Both the position numbers and the translations under genes were made by a program. Source: Nemertoderma westbladi (Eukaryota > Animalia > Xenacoelomorpha). Taken from it: DNA of 64,000 nucleotides. Location: positions 22,948-86,947 of the forward strand of contig JAUCBJ010000517.1 of assembly GCA_032718475.1 (NCBI GenBank), in the 5' to 3' direction. The notes below the pieces were generated by a model that saw only the letters and a list, made by a program, of their open reading frames with translations, ran no database searches and was not told the origin of the DNA. The first letter of the stretch is position 1. Each line of letters opens with the position of its first letter. Positions 25,698-40,140 of the stretch are shown in pieces.

Positions 25698-25880
25698 AGG
25701 GGAAATTCGACGCAAATAACAGCTGATTACTCTCAAAAATAAAACTGTAAACTGTTTTGTTTAGTTTATTGTTTTGGTTAAAATAACATGCCACTGTAAC
25801 CTGCTCCTTTCCCTAAATTGATAATTTAACTGAGGCGGGATATTAATTCGCCAAGATGGGATTTGCGTCCACTTCCCCTG
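25698..25880. mobile_element. Short MITE, copy 2 (family of 8110-8295)
   Basis: Collinear similarity to 8110-8295. AGGGGAAATTCGACGCAAAT ... ATTTGCGTCCACTTCCCCT. Confidence 0.6.
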
Positions 25881-25983
25881 TCTATATAAAGCTGTAAAAG
25901 TGCTAGATTATAAGACTTGAATTTAATCTTATAATAATTATTTCTTTAATAAATAATTAAATTATTGTCGGCCAAAATATACT

Positions 25984-26262
25984 CGCCCATGTGAAGAATT
26001 CCAGGATTTCACTTTTCGGTCGACTTTTTATTGGAATTTTATATATGAAGATTTTGTATTTTTTTTAATTTATCTTTATTAAGTGTTTTATAGCGCTAAT
26101 TTCTGTCTTATAAGCTGTACATATACTAATTCGTTTATTGTTTTGGTTAGATTCAACCCGTCTGTAACCTGTGTTTTTTTGTGAAAACCTGATATTCTTC
26201 ACATGGGGGTAACTGCAAAGTGAAATATAACGGCAGAAAGTCTGGTATTCTTCACATGGGCC
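25984..26262. mobile_element. MITE-like repeat, copy 2 (family of 346-624)
   Basis: GCCCATGTGAAGAAT ... ATTCTTCACATGGGC inverted termini. Confidence 0.65.
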
Positions 26263-29052
26263 TAAATATACTTATTAAAAATAATATAATTAAATTTATA
26301 AGAAAAATAATATCAGTATCATAAATAAATAAATAAATATACAGTATCATAAAAATCATTATTAAAACTTAATAAATTATTATTAATAAAATAATAATAG
26401 TATTATTATAATTATATCAAATTATTAATAAATGTACATAGACGAACCCTAATTAAGTAGTTAAACACTTAATTTTCAAAACCAATTTATTACATAATAA
26501 AGCAATGATGCAATGTAAGCCCTGCCGTCTCGGGGTAGTTTATAATGACTAATAAACTTCTAAATCTCTCCTGAATACTAATAGTAACATATACTGAAAA
26601 CTGACTACTCTTAACAGGGGTAGGGGGTTAAAGGTGCCAGACAGGTAAGTATGGTGATAGCAAGCAGCCTTGGAAGTTGGAACTATCCAATATCCATCTG
26701 AGGCACCAATTAACTGCAGTAAGCCTATCAGGAATCTATAGACATCTACACAATGATTGGACCAAAGGCGCGACCTTTACTAACATTAGTAAAGGTCGCA
26801 TTGGGTTGGACACTGACTCATCCCTCCACTACTACTACTACTACTGTACTATGGCTATCACCCATTGAAGTCTCTGTGCTGTCAATCACTTATTCCTTTA
26901 GAAGTTTATGTAGGTACTTTACTGGGATTGATACATATTAGATTGGTCGCTGGCTGAGGCTAGTCCAGATATAATATATTAGGAAGGCACTCTGGCTGTG
27001 ACTGGGCGGCAAATTGATTCAACTGGGCGGCACTTGTGCCGCCTAGTGGCAAAGTTAAACGAGGCTATGGCTACATTACTGTACAGCAAGCCAATTGTTA
27101 CGGTGGCCCACAACTCTTCACTACAAAAGACTACTAACGGCAAGATAAAGAATAGAAAACTTAGCTAACTTTGCAGACTGCAGCTGCAATGTAACAGGCC
27201 GATTACTGAAGATACTGTAGATTAAGAGAACAAGGTACTGTAGTACTGTAATTATTTCATTGAGTATCTCAGTGATATTATTGTATCATAATTTCTACAT
27301 TATTGAGTAGTTCTATGTACTAAATGTATATCCCCACTGACGTTGATGATAACTGTGGTCCAGAGTTTCGTCAGTCCTTTCTTCTAAGCTTTATTGAATC
27401 ATCAGTTACTTGAGATTCCCCAATCATCATTTAAAAAATACATGGTTTGAAATTGAGTAAGCATTCATTAAAATAGTTTTCAAGTGGGATAATATGGTGT
27501 CGGTTTGTTGGAACTCAAGACTTTCTAGCCTGTTCTATCAGCGGGACCGATGTAAAAAACATTACTGTACATTTGTGAGCAGCAATTGTTAATTGCCAAT
27601 ATCTGCTCAACTTTTCGAACTCGATAGAGCACTAGACAGAGGAAGTTACTATGGGAACTTCTAACATGTAGCTTTACCTTATCAGGATTACAATGGCAGC
27701 TGAGTAGCTCAGGTGTTATATAAAACCAAAACAATAAACTTAATTCAATATCATTGGTTACAGTTTAATTTTTCTTGAAATCAGCTACCATAGCGATAGC
27801 ATCATAATTACAGATTAATTAGTTTGAATTATATAACATAGATACTGTACATATGAACTGCTGCGCGTGGCATTATTATAAAGTTCAAAAGCAATATTCA
27901 CAGAAATCAAACAGAATACTGTAGCATACCGATTACTGTAAATAGTTTTACAGGATGAAAAACTAATAGATGGAAAAACGCTGTAATTTAAATCGAAACA
28001 ACCTCTGAGTGAGCAAAATCTTATGAAAAGTAATAGACCCCTAGATCCCTTCCTATAATAAATGAAAAGTTACACTTCTCAACATTATGACCCCAGTGAA
28101 TTATGTACCAAGCGAGCACAGCGAGGGAGGTTTACTTAAATAATAGAGGATCTTTATAACGCTGAATTGTGCACTTTCCATCAATAATATAGGTTATTTT
28201 GTTACGTTATACCGTATCACCTTAGTTGTGGTTCAGAAAGTGCATATCACGCTCGAGGAGATTCACTACGCTCGAGGTCCCGACGGATTTATCCGACGCG
28301 CACTCACTCTTTTACTTCGCATCTGGTGCTACGTCCCCTCTTAGTCATCTCACACATTTTCCATACCATTTTCACTTTCTTCTCTCACTTTCCTTTCCCT
28401 TGCACACTCCCTGAGTCGAATCCACATTTATTCACCTTTCGCTCTCCACTCAGCACTCACTCCTCCTCACAGACTCTTATTCCTGCGTGCAGACGCTGTG
28501 CACTCTGGCATTGTCATGCATGCATTCATTAATTATGATTATTTTATTATTTTGTGGTCTCGCCCGGTGTTGTTGTTAGTCCAGTGTCTGGTCTCCTCTT
28601 CCCATTCGTTACTTGACAAAATAAATTTGAAATTTACTTCGTAGTTATGTATCTATTCTGAACCTACTTCGATTATTAAGTAACTTATTGCACTTTCAGA
28701 ATTACAGTATAATCAATTATTTACAGTATGTATCCTGCACTGTATATAGTCCATATATTAAATAGGCCAACTATATTATCTCAAATTACTTAATTATTAC
28801 TTGTTGCGGTATCCACCACCAACCCCATACCGATTTACAAATCAATTCATCGTCCATTGCCCACGCAATGCGCAGCAAACCAAAAACTGAAGCGTTGTCT
28901 AATTTAATAATGAAAAGCTGCGAAGTCTAAACTACAGTATGTAGCGTCATATGCTTTTACTATCCAAACGCATGGATATAATTTCGTCTGTAGTAGGTGT
29001 ACAGTATTAGATTCCCACTAACATGCAGAAATACTGTATCAGGTGGACTTAC

Positions 29053-29267
29053 CATGCATTGTTTCGAAGAATGTTGGTAAAAGCATCCCCCAATACATCT
29101 ATGATCGCAACATTGTTTTGATTTGTGTTCCGTTAAGTTAGTCGCAAAGTCGGCACACCTTTCGTCACAAATACTCTGATCGCAAGATAGATAGTTAAAC
29201 GTCTGGCAACTTGTCTCATCTGGACCAAAGCAGTGTTCACAGGAAGAGTGGCATTGGGCAGCTTCAT
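29053..29267 (-). CDS. EGFR: EGFR-family receptor coding exon 4 (furin-like Cys-rich domain)
   Basis: tttgcag|AT...ATG|gtaagt, phase 1 to 0. DEAAQCHSSCEHCFGPDETSCQ...CDERC...QCCDHRCIGGC...KQCM. Confidence 0.85.
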
Positions 29268-30138
29268 CTGCAAATAAACCTCGTTGTTGAGATTTGATGT
29301 TATTCAAATTCCCCGCCACTTTCTTGGTAATGCTGGCGACACAGTATACCGGTAGCTGCTTCATCACGAAACAATAAATTAGGACGACATAAATTAGGTG
29401 ACATAAGGACAAGGGGTAATAAAATTTCGAGTAATTGTGGATAATTCTTCCACATCGCTTCGGGTAAATCGCAAGTTTTGCATTTTGCGAAAGGCAATTT
29501 AACTCAAAACGATTCGCTGAATTTTCAAAGAAATAAGGTACCGGTAGGGCCTATTTATTAAAAAGTTTCCTAATATTTCTTGTTAATACTGTAATACAGT
29601 AAATAGTCCTACAAGCTGAATCGCGGATAAAACAATAAGCAACTTTCTAAGAACACGTCGAAAATCATATCAGATATTATTTAATCAAATTTAGATACAG
29701 TATACCAGATGTACGTATTATAATTAGTTTTGTCGCAACAGTAAGCTTTTTGTAGGCCCATTTTAAGAATTGTATAATGTTTTTTTTTCTCTACTGTATG
29801 TATATTGTTTGTTTGTTTAAACTGGTGTCTGAAATAATGGGATCCTCCGTGCAGGCACCAGCCACGCAAATCTAATTCAATTATTTTAAATTCACAATGT
29901 AATTAAATACTATATTATTAATAATAATAGCTTGTTTCTATCAGTTCATATTATTGTGTTGTGCATGCATTATTATATCATTTAATATCAATATTTGTGT
30001 GGGAATAGTTTAATAAAAGTTAAAAGTTAAAGTTACTGTATATTTATTTATTTTTACATATTTGAAAAATTTATTATTATTTATGTTGAGTTGAAAGTCC
30101 GGTGCTAACGCCTGTACAATCTTCGGTACTGTCTGACT

Positions 30139-31740
30139 ATGGCACGTCTTCAGGAATGGTTGAAAATCATTACAGAGATATTAATTATGTTGCGAATTTC
30201 CCACTCTCTCGATATTATTCAACAATCCGACTTGATCGATCTCACTAAATCTGGTTGCCTGGTAACCTGCACCGATACAGACATGATAACGGAAGTCTGC
30301 GCCACTCATCTATCGAGATTGGAGACAATATTCGCCGGTTCCAATCCTCGGGTAAACTTCGGCGTCCTTTCCGGGGAATCACCCGTCCGCTCGGATGGAT
30401 TCACCTCCTCTCACTCAGTGTATTCCCAACTCGCTAACGACTCACCGTTGCACCAGCACACACCGGTGGTTCTTTACCAACGCTACGTGGCCGACCGAAC
30501 TTGCCTCCACCCGGCACTTTCGCAACACCGTCAACCATTCCCTTACACCGGGAAACTCGAAACGACCGATCTATTGCACTTCATCAACTCATATTGTTTC
30601 ACTTTTATTAACGAAACGGGAAACTTAACGGCAGCGGGACAACGTAAGAGAGATATAGTTGCTAATTTATTTTCCGTTTCGCAAATATCCAATGTAACTA
30701 CGGGGTCGTTGCGAAATATACAGAGTAGTTGTCTAGGCGACGTTGCGTGCAGCGAGACCGTTGATATGGCAACGCCAGAATGCGAGAGGGTATCTGCAAA
30801 CGAGATGACGTCATCGGAGTTCCTCCACCGCTATTTATCCAAGAGTAAACCGTTTATACTGACCAACGGGACTTTCGACTGGCCAGCTAACACGCGATGG
30901 GTAACCGAATATTTTCTCCGTAACTACGGCAATAAGTCGACGCATGTTAAACTGGCACCGGGCGGGATATTCGAGGGGGTAGATAAAGCGTCAGACTGGG
31001 ACGACTTTATTTCCTTCTCCATTCCGGACACCGTGAGGGAGCAGCTGCCCCATCCCGACCTAGTAGTCGTGCGTCCCGCCACTCTCGACATTCCATTCTC
31101 GGAGTTTCTCGCGATGATTTCGGACGGATACGGGCCCAAATACAACGTATCCGCCTACCTCGAATACTCGTCGATACTGGAACACTTTCCGAAACTGCGA
31201 GCGGATATTCGGGATATTGAAGTCGCGCGAAACCTACTCGATATCGAGGATGTTAACATCTGGTTGAGCGATGGGAATACCTTGGGGAAACTACATTTCG
31301 ACCCATTCGATAACTTTCTGTGTCAAATTAAAGGTGAGAAAGAGTTAATCCTGTTTGAACCGCACCGCAATAGCAACTTGTACGAGGGCCATATCCCAGA
31401 ATCGAAACTTTCCTACAACACGAAGACCAAAGCTTTTAGGAAGAGGTCGCTATTGGACAGTACAGCCATGGTAATGTCTCCCGTGGATATAGTGAACCCG
31501 GACTTGGAGAGGTTCCCACTGTTCGCAGACACCCACCCAATACGATGTCGTATAAAGGAAGGTGATTCTCTTTATCTCCCGGCCTTTTGGTGGCATGAAG
31601 TCCAATCGTTTCCAAACCCCAAGGAGAAACGGAATATTGCGGTGAACTTCTGGTATAAACCGTTCCTTCATAAGGAGTTCCCTTGTGCCGAGTGTAAAAT
31701 GGATGTGAATCCACATTACTTTAATTTACTACTACAATAA
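30139..31740 (+). CDS. JmjC (cupin-8, JMJD7-like) hydroxylase with N-terminal extension, single exon, nested antisense in EGFR-like intron 3
   Basis: 533-aa ORF with KPFILT...WPA..RW, NIWL, LHFDPFDN (HxD), KGEK, YLPAFWWHEVQS (distal His) and NIAVNFWY. Confidence 0.9.
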   Translation: MARLQEWLKIITEILIMLRISHSLDIIQQSDLIDLTKSGCLVTCTDTDMITEVCATHLSRLETIFAGSNPRVNFGVLSGESPVRSDGFTSSHSVYSQLANDSPLHQHTPVVLYQRYVADRTCLHPALSQHRQPFPYTGKLETTDLLHFINSYCFTFINETGNLTAAGQRKRDIVANLFSVSQISNVTTGSLRNIQSSCLGDVACSETVDMATPECERVSANEMTSSEFLHRYLSKSKPFILTNGTFDWPANTRWVTEYFLRNYGNKSTHVKLAPGGIFEGVDKASDWDDFISFSIPDTVREQLPHPDLVVVRPATLDIPFSEFLAMISDGYGPKYNVSAYLEYSSILEHFPKLRADIRDIEVARNLLDIEDVNIWLSDGNTLGKLHFDPFDNFLCQIKGEKELILFEPHRNSNLYEGHIPESKLSYNTKTKAFRKRSLLDSTAMVMSPVDIVNPDLERFPLFADTHPIRCRIKEGDSLYLPAFWWHEVQSFPNPKEKRNIAVNFWYKPFLHKEFPCAECKMDVNPHYFNLLLQ

Positions 31741-34700
31741 ACTAACATTACTTACATTTACTATACTACTACAATAAACTAACATTACTTACATTTACTA
31801 TACTACTACAATAAACTAACATTACTTCCATTTACTACTACAATAAACTAACATTACTTACATTTACTATACTACTACAATAAACTAACATTACTTCCAT
31901 TTTCTACTACAATAAACTATCATTACTTACATTTACTACTACAATAAACTAACATTACTTACATTTACTATACTACTACAATAAACTAACATTACTTACA
32001 TTTACTACTACAATAAACTAACATTACTTACATTTTCTACTACAATAAACTAACATTACTTACATTTACTACTACAATAAACTAACATTACTTACATTTT
32101 CTACTACAATAAACTAACATTACTTACATTTACTATACTACTACAATAAACTAACATTACTTACATTTACTACTACAATAAACTAACATACATTACTTCA
32201 TTACAACATTACTTACATTTACTATACTACTACAATAAACTAACATTACTTCCATTTTCTACTACAATAAACTATCATTACTTACATTTACTACTACAAT
32301 AAACTAACATTACTTACATTTACTATACTACTACAATAAACTAACATTACTTACATTTACTATACTGCTACAATAAACTAAGATTACTTACATTTACTAC
32401 TACAATAAACTAACATTACTTCCATTTACTACTACAATAAACTAACATTACTTACATTTACTATACTACTACAATAAACTAACATTACTTACATTTACTA
32501 TACTACTACAATAAACTAACATTACTTCCATTTTCTACTACAGTGAACTAACATTACTTCCATTTACTACTACAATAAACTAACATTACTTACATTTACT
32601 ATACTACTACAATAAACTAACATTACTTACATTTACTATACTACTACAATAAACTAACATTACTTACATTTACTATACTGCTACAATAAACTAACATTAC
32701 TTACATTTACTATACTACTACAATAAACTAACATTACTTCCATTTTCTACTACAGTGAACTAACATTACTTCCATTTACTACTACAATAAACTAACATTA
32801 CTTACATTGACTATACTACTACAATAAACTAACATTACTTCCATTTTCTACTACAATGAACTAACATTACTTCCATTTACTACTACAATAAACTAACATT
32901 ACTTACATTTACTACTACAATAAACTAACATTACTTACATTTACTACTACAATAAACTATCATTACTTCCATTTACTACTACAATAAACTAACATTACTT
33001 ACATTTACTACTACAATAAACTAACATTACTTACATTTACTATACTACTACAATAAACTATCATTACTTCCATTTACTACTACAATAAACTATCATTACT
33101 TCCATTTACTACTACAATAAACTAACATTACTTACATTTACTACTACAATAAACTAACATTACATACATTTACTTTACTACTACAATAAACTAACATTAC
33201 TTACATTTACTATACTACTACAATAAACTAACATTACTTACATTTACTACTACAATAAACTAACATTACTTACATTTACTACTACAATAAACTAACATTA
33301 CTTCCATTTTCTACTACAGTGAACTAACATTACTTCCATTTACTACTACAATAAACTAACATTACTTACATTTACTATACTACTACAATAAACTAACATT
33401 ACTTACATTTACTATACTACTACAATAAACTAACATTACTTACATTTACTATACTGCTACAATAAACTAACATTACTTACATTTACTATACTACTACAAT
33501 AAACTAACATTACTTACATTGACTATACTACTACAATAAACTAACATTACTTCCATTTTCTACTACAATGAACTAACATTACTTCCATTTACTACTACAA
33601 TAAACTAACATTACTTACATTTACTACTACAATAAACTAACATTACTTACATTTACTACTACAATAAACTAACATTACTTACATTTACTACTACAATAAA
33701 CTAACATTACTTACATTTACTATACTACTACAATAAACTATCATTACTTCCATTTACTACTACAATAAACTATCATTACTTCCATTTACTACTACAATAA
33801 ACTAACATTACTTACATTTACTATACTACTACAATAAACTAACATTACTTACATTTACTACTACAATAAACTATCATTACTTCCATTTACTACTACAATA
33901 AACTAACATTACTTACATTTACTATACTACTACAATAAACTAACATTACTTACATTTTCTACTACAATAAACTAACATTACTTACATTTACTATACTACT
34001 ACAATAAACTAACATTACTTACATTTACTATACTACTACAATAAACTAACATTACTTACATTTACTATACTACTACAATAAACTAACATTACTTACATTT
34101 ACTATACTACTACAATAAACTAACATTACTTACATTTACTATACTGCTACAATAAACTAACATTACTTACATTTACTATACTACTACAATAAACTAACAT
34201 TACTTCCATTTTCTACTACAGTGAACTAACATTACTTCCATTTACTACTACAATAAACTAACATTACTTACATTTACTATACTACTACAATAAACTAACA
34301 TTACTTACATTTACTATACTACTACAATAAACTAACATTACTTACATTTACTACTACAATAAACTAACATTACTTACATTTACTATACTATACTACTACA
34401 ATAAACTAACATTACTTACATTTACTATACTGCTACAATAAACTAACATTACTTACATTTACTATACTACTACAATAAACTAACATTACTTACATTTACT
34501 ACTACAATAAACTAACATTACTTACATTTACTATACAACTACAATAAACTAACATTACTTACATTTTCTACTACAATAAACTAACATTACTTACATTTAC
34601 TACTACAATAAACTAACATTACTTACATTTACTATACTACTACAATAAACTAACATTACTTACATTTACTATACTACTACAATAAACTAACATTACTTAC

Positions 34701-36650
34701 ATTTACTATACTACTACAATAAACTAACATTACTTACATTTAATATACTACTACAATAAACTATCATTACTTACATTTACTACTACAATAAACTATCATT
34801 ACTTCCATTTACTATACAACTACAATAAACTAACATTACTTACATTTACTATACTACTACAATAAACTAACATTACTTACATTTACTATACTACTACAAT
34901 AAACTAACATTACTTACATTTACTATACTACTACAATAAACTAACATTACTTACATTTACTATACAACTACAATAAACTAACATTACTTACATTTTCTAC
35001 TACAATAAACTAACATTACTTACATTTACTACTACAATAAACTAACATTACTTACATTTACTACTACAATAAACTAACATTACTTACATTTACTATACTA
35101 CTACAATAAGCTAACATTACTTACATTTACTATACTACTACAATAAACTAACATTACTTACATTTACTATACTACTACAATAAACTAACATTACTTACAT
35201 TTACTATACTACTACAATAAACTAACATTACTTACATTTACTACTACAATAAATTATCATTACTTCCATTTACTGCTACAATAAACTAACATTACTTACA
35301 TTTACTATACTACTACAATAAACTAACATTACTTACATTTTCTACTACAATAAACTAACATTACTTCCATTTTCTACTACAATAAACTAACATTACTTAC
35401 ATTTACTATATTACTACAATAAACTAACATTACTTCCATTTTCTACTACAATAAACTAACATTACTTACATTTACTATACTACTACAATAAACTAACATT
35501 ACTTACATTTACTACTACAATAAACTAACATACATTACTTCATTACAACATTACAACATTACTTACATTTACTATACAACTACAATAAACTAACATTACT
35601 TACATTTACTACTACAATAAACTAACATTACTTACATTTACTATACTACTACAATAAACTAACATTACTTACATTTACTATACTACTACAACAAACTAAC
35701 ATTACTTACATTTTCTACTACAATAAACTAACATTACTTACATTTACTATACTACTACAATAAACTAACATTACTTACATTTACTACTACAATAAACTAA
35801 CATACATTACTTCATTACAACATTACAACATTACTTACATTTACTATACAACTACAATAAACTAACATTACTTCCATTTACTACTACAATAAACTAACAT
35901 TACTTACATTTACTATACAACTACAATAAACTAACATACATTACTTCATTACAACATTACAACATTACTTACATTTACTATACTACTACAATAAACTAAG
36001 ATTACTTACATTTACTACTACAATAAACTAACATTACTTCCATTTACTACTACAATAAACTAACATTACTTACATTTACTATACTACTACAATAAACTAA
36101 GATTACTTACATTTACTACTACAATAAACTAACATTACTTACATTTACTATACTACTACAATAAACTAACATTACTTACATTTACTATACTACTACAATA
36201 AACTAACATTACTTACATTTACTATACTACTACAATAAACTAACATTACTTCCATTTACTACTACAATAAACTATCATTACTTACATTTACTATACTACT
36301 ACAATAAACTAACATTACTTACATTTACTATACTACTACAATAAACTAACATTACTTACATTTACTATACTACTACAATAAACTAACATTACTTACATTT
36401 ACTATACTACTACAATAAACTAACATTACTTACATTTACTATACTACTACAATAAACTAACATTACTTACATTTACTATACTACTACAATAAACTAACAT
36501 TACTTACATTTACTATACTACTACAATAAACTAACATTACTTACATTTACTATACAACTACAATAAACTAACATTACTTCCATTTACTACTACAATAAAC
36601 TATCATTACTTACATTTACTACTACAATAAACTAACATTACTTACATTTT
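31713..36650. repeat. Minisatellite A, 32/37-bp units, ~140 copies
   Basis: ACTAACATTACTTACATTTACTA(TACTA)CTACAATAA, almost G-free on +. Begins inside the last codons of the JmjC ORF; degenerate tail to ~36750. Confidence 0.98.
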
Positions 36651-37161
36651 ACTAACCCACAATAGAATTCCCCGCACTGTAAAATAAACCTACATTACTT
36701 CCCCTTTCTTCAATAAACCCACATCAATAAAGTAACATTACGTACTTCCATAACTGTGCAATAAGTACTGACTTCCCTTATACTAAATGTAAACCTTTAT
36801 CGTCTGTGGTCTTATTGTATCGAATCTGCGGGCAAAAATTAATTAAGGTGCTAAAATCATTTTTTGGATATTTAAGAAACCCTACTTAGCATCAGTGTAT
36901 CAGTGCTGATCGTTAATAAATTAAACTGCATTAGTGTAGGCTGGGAGGGTGTAGAACCATATACATACCATATTACCTGAGCCACATCATTCTCACACAC
37001 CCATAACAACCCCTGAGTTGCTTATATTTATAGAGGCTGTGTCGTGAAAAAAATTTCTGACCAACGTCGTTTCCATGATGACGGCTTGCACTGAGGTGCA
37101 GTGCTGGCGAACCCAGCGCAACATAGCGCCCCCTACTGGCGGACACAGCAATATAGCGCCC

Positions 37162-37650
37162 CTAGATCTCAAGGTCAGTTATACGCTTTACTAGTTCACT
37201 ATTCTCTAGTTCTGTGTCCGTGAGTATAGGCGCGTTAGAGGGAAGGAAAGTCTTTGGTTGTCCACCACGGCTAATATGACCTAACGGCTGCCACAGCTCA
37301 TTATTGTACCCGCAAAAACTGTGTCCAGCATGCTTCGACGCTTCTGCATGGTGATGTTGGGTCTCGGCAACATGTTGCAATATAACACCTAATTTCTTAT
37401 GTATCATACAGGCATTTGTGCACTTTGCTTAGCATCCTGTTATATGTAGTATGTACCATCCAGAACCTGAGGTGTCTTCTGCAGTTAGAGCCCAGCATGG
37501 GCTGCCATGGTGCAGCATAGGCTCGAGTTCTGCACGGATAAGGCATACCTTTAAAGAGCAGAGACCAGGCTATCTCATTGTGAATTCGGAAATCTTCACC
37601 AAACCTGTGAACCCATGCGCCATTGTTTCCAAGGTAACGGATAATAATGA
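37162..37650 (-). mobile_element. Degenerate RTE-clade LINE 3' fragment
   Basis: Broken frames resembling an RTE RT C-terminus: LEPMLHHGSPCWALT..., HAGH...LWQPLGHISRGGQPKTF...DTEL. Confidence 0.45.
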
Positions 37651-39026
37651 AGAAACTATTTTTCTATTTCAGTCATCAGATAAAAATTCCGTGTACTTAC
37701 GAATTGGGCTCAGTTAATATTTGTCGTTTCAACTATGTTGTGACGTAAGCAGACGCAAATGGCCTTGTCATTGCGCGCACCGTTTGAACTAAAATAATGT
37801 TACCTAATTGAACGTAAACAATCATATTTCCCATAAAAGCAATAGATGTAGGGGAGCGGCAATCATGGTGTCTAGTCATGGAAACGCCTAAACGAAGCCG
37901 TCAGCAGTAAATGCAATCTTCCTCACTTAACATACAGTAACATTATTCCTGTGATACTTTTACATCAACTGTTAGACTTTAATTACGTGCCTCTAGACTA
38001 CAACGTGTATTATTATTAATAATGTTAATTGTGTCTTATTTGGGTTTTTTTATTTGAGTTTTGTGTGCTAAAGGTATTTATTCAGAAGTGTAGAAGACTT
38101 GTGAAAAAATATCATTGTCCATTGGATAGTTTATGTGCTAAATGTTGTTTAACGGCAAACGGTTTCATATTATTTAAATATATTATTTTTGTATTACTTT
38201 CTTCATTTGCAATCGATAGTAAATGTTTTTAAAGAACAATCAATCTTGTTAGATATTGGTGTTACTAATAACATACTGCACAGTTGGGTTGGTGCGTCAT
38301 AAAGTGTTTTGGTGAAAACATACCAATTATTTAACCATTAGAATACGATATCAACAAAAGTAAACAATTTCCTATTAATTAATATTGTATTAACACAGCT
38401 GGACCCTGAACTTCTATTAATAATTTACATATTCAAAATAATATTAGTCTAAACACAACACATAATTTAATTTAAGAAAACAACGTCATAAAAGAAAAGT
38501 TCAAATTATTGAAGGTAGGGGGGTGGGGGGCGCCATCTCAGCTTCATTCCCCTGGGAGCCGGAAGGGCTCTCGCTACTCCTCTAAATCGCAATGCGATAA
38601 AAAAAAACAAATCAATAATAATGCAATATAATCCGCTAGTTTCACGCAGCGAGTAATATTATTAAAATCATGACGTATACTTTACTAAACTAAAGGCACA
38701 AATTGTGACGTCATGTACGCGACTACCCCAACTCCTCCCTGTCTCAGGAATTTAAATCTCGGGGGACTTAATATCCCGAATGGAACCGTAGATCCCACTT
38801 CAATATAGTTTGGTATCGGTAACAGTTACATTTAGACAGCTATATTTCTAGATAATGACCGGGTTTATTAGGGTTAAGGTTCCATAGTATAAAACTTTTT
38901 GTAATATTTTATGTTTAATTGTCCTTATTTTTTTTAGAATATGTTGGTTTTATCTAAACTCTTCTGTGGCAGTAGCGTCTCCACCCTAATAATATAATAT
39001 AATTTGGGACTGACTTAGTAACTTAC

Positions 39027-39164
39027 CGGAACACGCTGTTGTATTTCGCATAAGAATAAACTCTCCATCTTTGTTATTTTTACCAAAAACTTCCTCCCAA
39101 TTGACTCGATTGAAGTAGCAATCAGTATCTTGTCCATAAACGAAAACATTGCCTTTTTCGATAG
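39027..39164 (-). CDS. EGFR: EGFR-family receptor coding exon 3 (end of L domain)
   Basis: gtgcag|CT...TCC G|gtaagt, 138 nt, phase 1-1. SIEKGNVFVYGQDTDCYFNRVNWEEVFG...TTACS (a different frame from the track ORF) resembles EGFR EILHGAVRF...LCNVESIQWRDIV. Confidence 0.85.
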
Positions 39165-39452
39165 CTGCACAAATATAATATTATGGAGAGAAGGGAGATT
39201 AAAATCCATTAATAATAATATAGTCGTAATAATAGTTGGATTGGAGGGGGGTTGTTATTTTAGAATAATGTAATAAGTAAAAATAATTATTTATTACATG
39301 GGGAAAAAAGTAGAACTTTTTTTCACTATTCTCGAGGCATTTTATTTAATTTACTGAGAGAGAATATTGAAAAAAAAGTTACGTTTTTTCCCCCACGTAA
39401 TTTTATTCTTAAATTGGTACTTTTTTGTTGCTTAATTCTTTAATAAAACGTA

Positions 39453-40140
39453 CAGCGTACACCATGTCGTGGAATATACAGTAGTGTCGTTATTCAGGTA
39501 CCTGCCCCCCCCCCCCTCCCCCCAAATATTTCTACAAATCTTAATGAGATTTGAAATAGAGATAGTTCCACCTCCCTCCTCCTCCGTGGGTGAGCCAGAA
39601 TTTTTATTTTCGCTTTCATTCTTTAGCTACAAGCGTTTAAAAAAGGTGACTTCAGTGGTATTTCACCAATTACACCGTAGTTATTTTTCAACCTTATAGT
39701 GATTTGTTTGTACTGATGGAAAGCTGGCTATGCAAGGATTCCAAATATGTAACAATCTGAATTTCGTTGAAAACTAGCTGAGATATGATATGAGCGTTCA
39801 AATGTTGCATGGTTTTGCATCTGCATGAGGCTATTTTATTCTATTAAATAAACATACCATATTCTAGAACATTTTGTTCATTTATGAATAGCTACGTAAT
39901 AGTGACAAATGATATTATTATTTATAGCCGCTGGGGGCGTTAGCCCAGATGTTCAATCAATCAATAATTAAAGAGGTATTGGATTGTTGCCTAGCTACGT
40001 ATGAAATAAACAAAATGTTCGATAATATGGTACACTATCTCTGTTTCAAATTTATTTCAATCTCATTAAGATTTGTAGAAAAATTTGGGGGGCAGGTACC
40101 TGAATAATGACACCTTATTCCAGGACATGGTGTATGATGG
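39453..40140. mobile_element. Tc1/mariner-type MITE nested in another hairpin-ended element (~39281-40310)
   Basis: ~110-bp imperfect TIRs (CAGCGTACACCATGTC..GGAATA..GTGTCGTTATTCAGGTACCTGCCCCC and its reverse complement) flanked by TA. Confidence 0.7.

Larger units (their letters stand above)
24643..27069. mobile_element. Non-autonomous hAT-like element containing two nested MITEs
   Basis: TIR CATAGCCTC(T/G)TTTAA, 8-bp TSD GCTACATT (24635-24642, 27070-27077), subterminal ACTGGGCGGCA repeats. Confidence 0.85.

Noticed and set aside
27525-27734. Candidate next EGFR exon
   Set aside because: No Cys-rich or L-domain pattern and no convincing phase-0 acceptor.
39015-39209. Track ORF MDFNLPSL...
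   Set aside because: Wrong frame. The splice-defined exon 39027-39164 in another frame gives the EGFR-like sequence.
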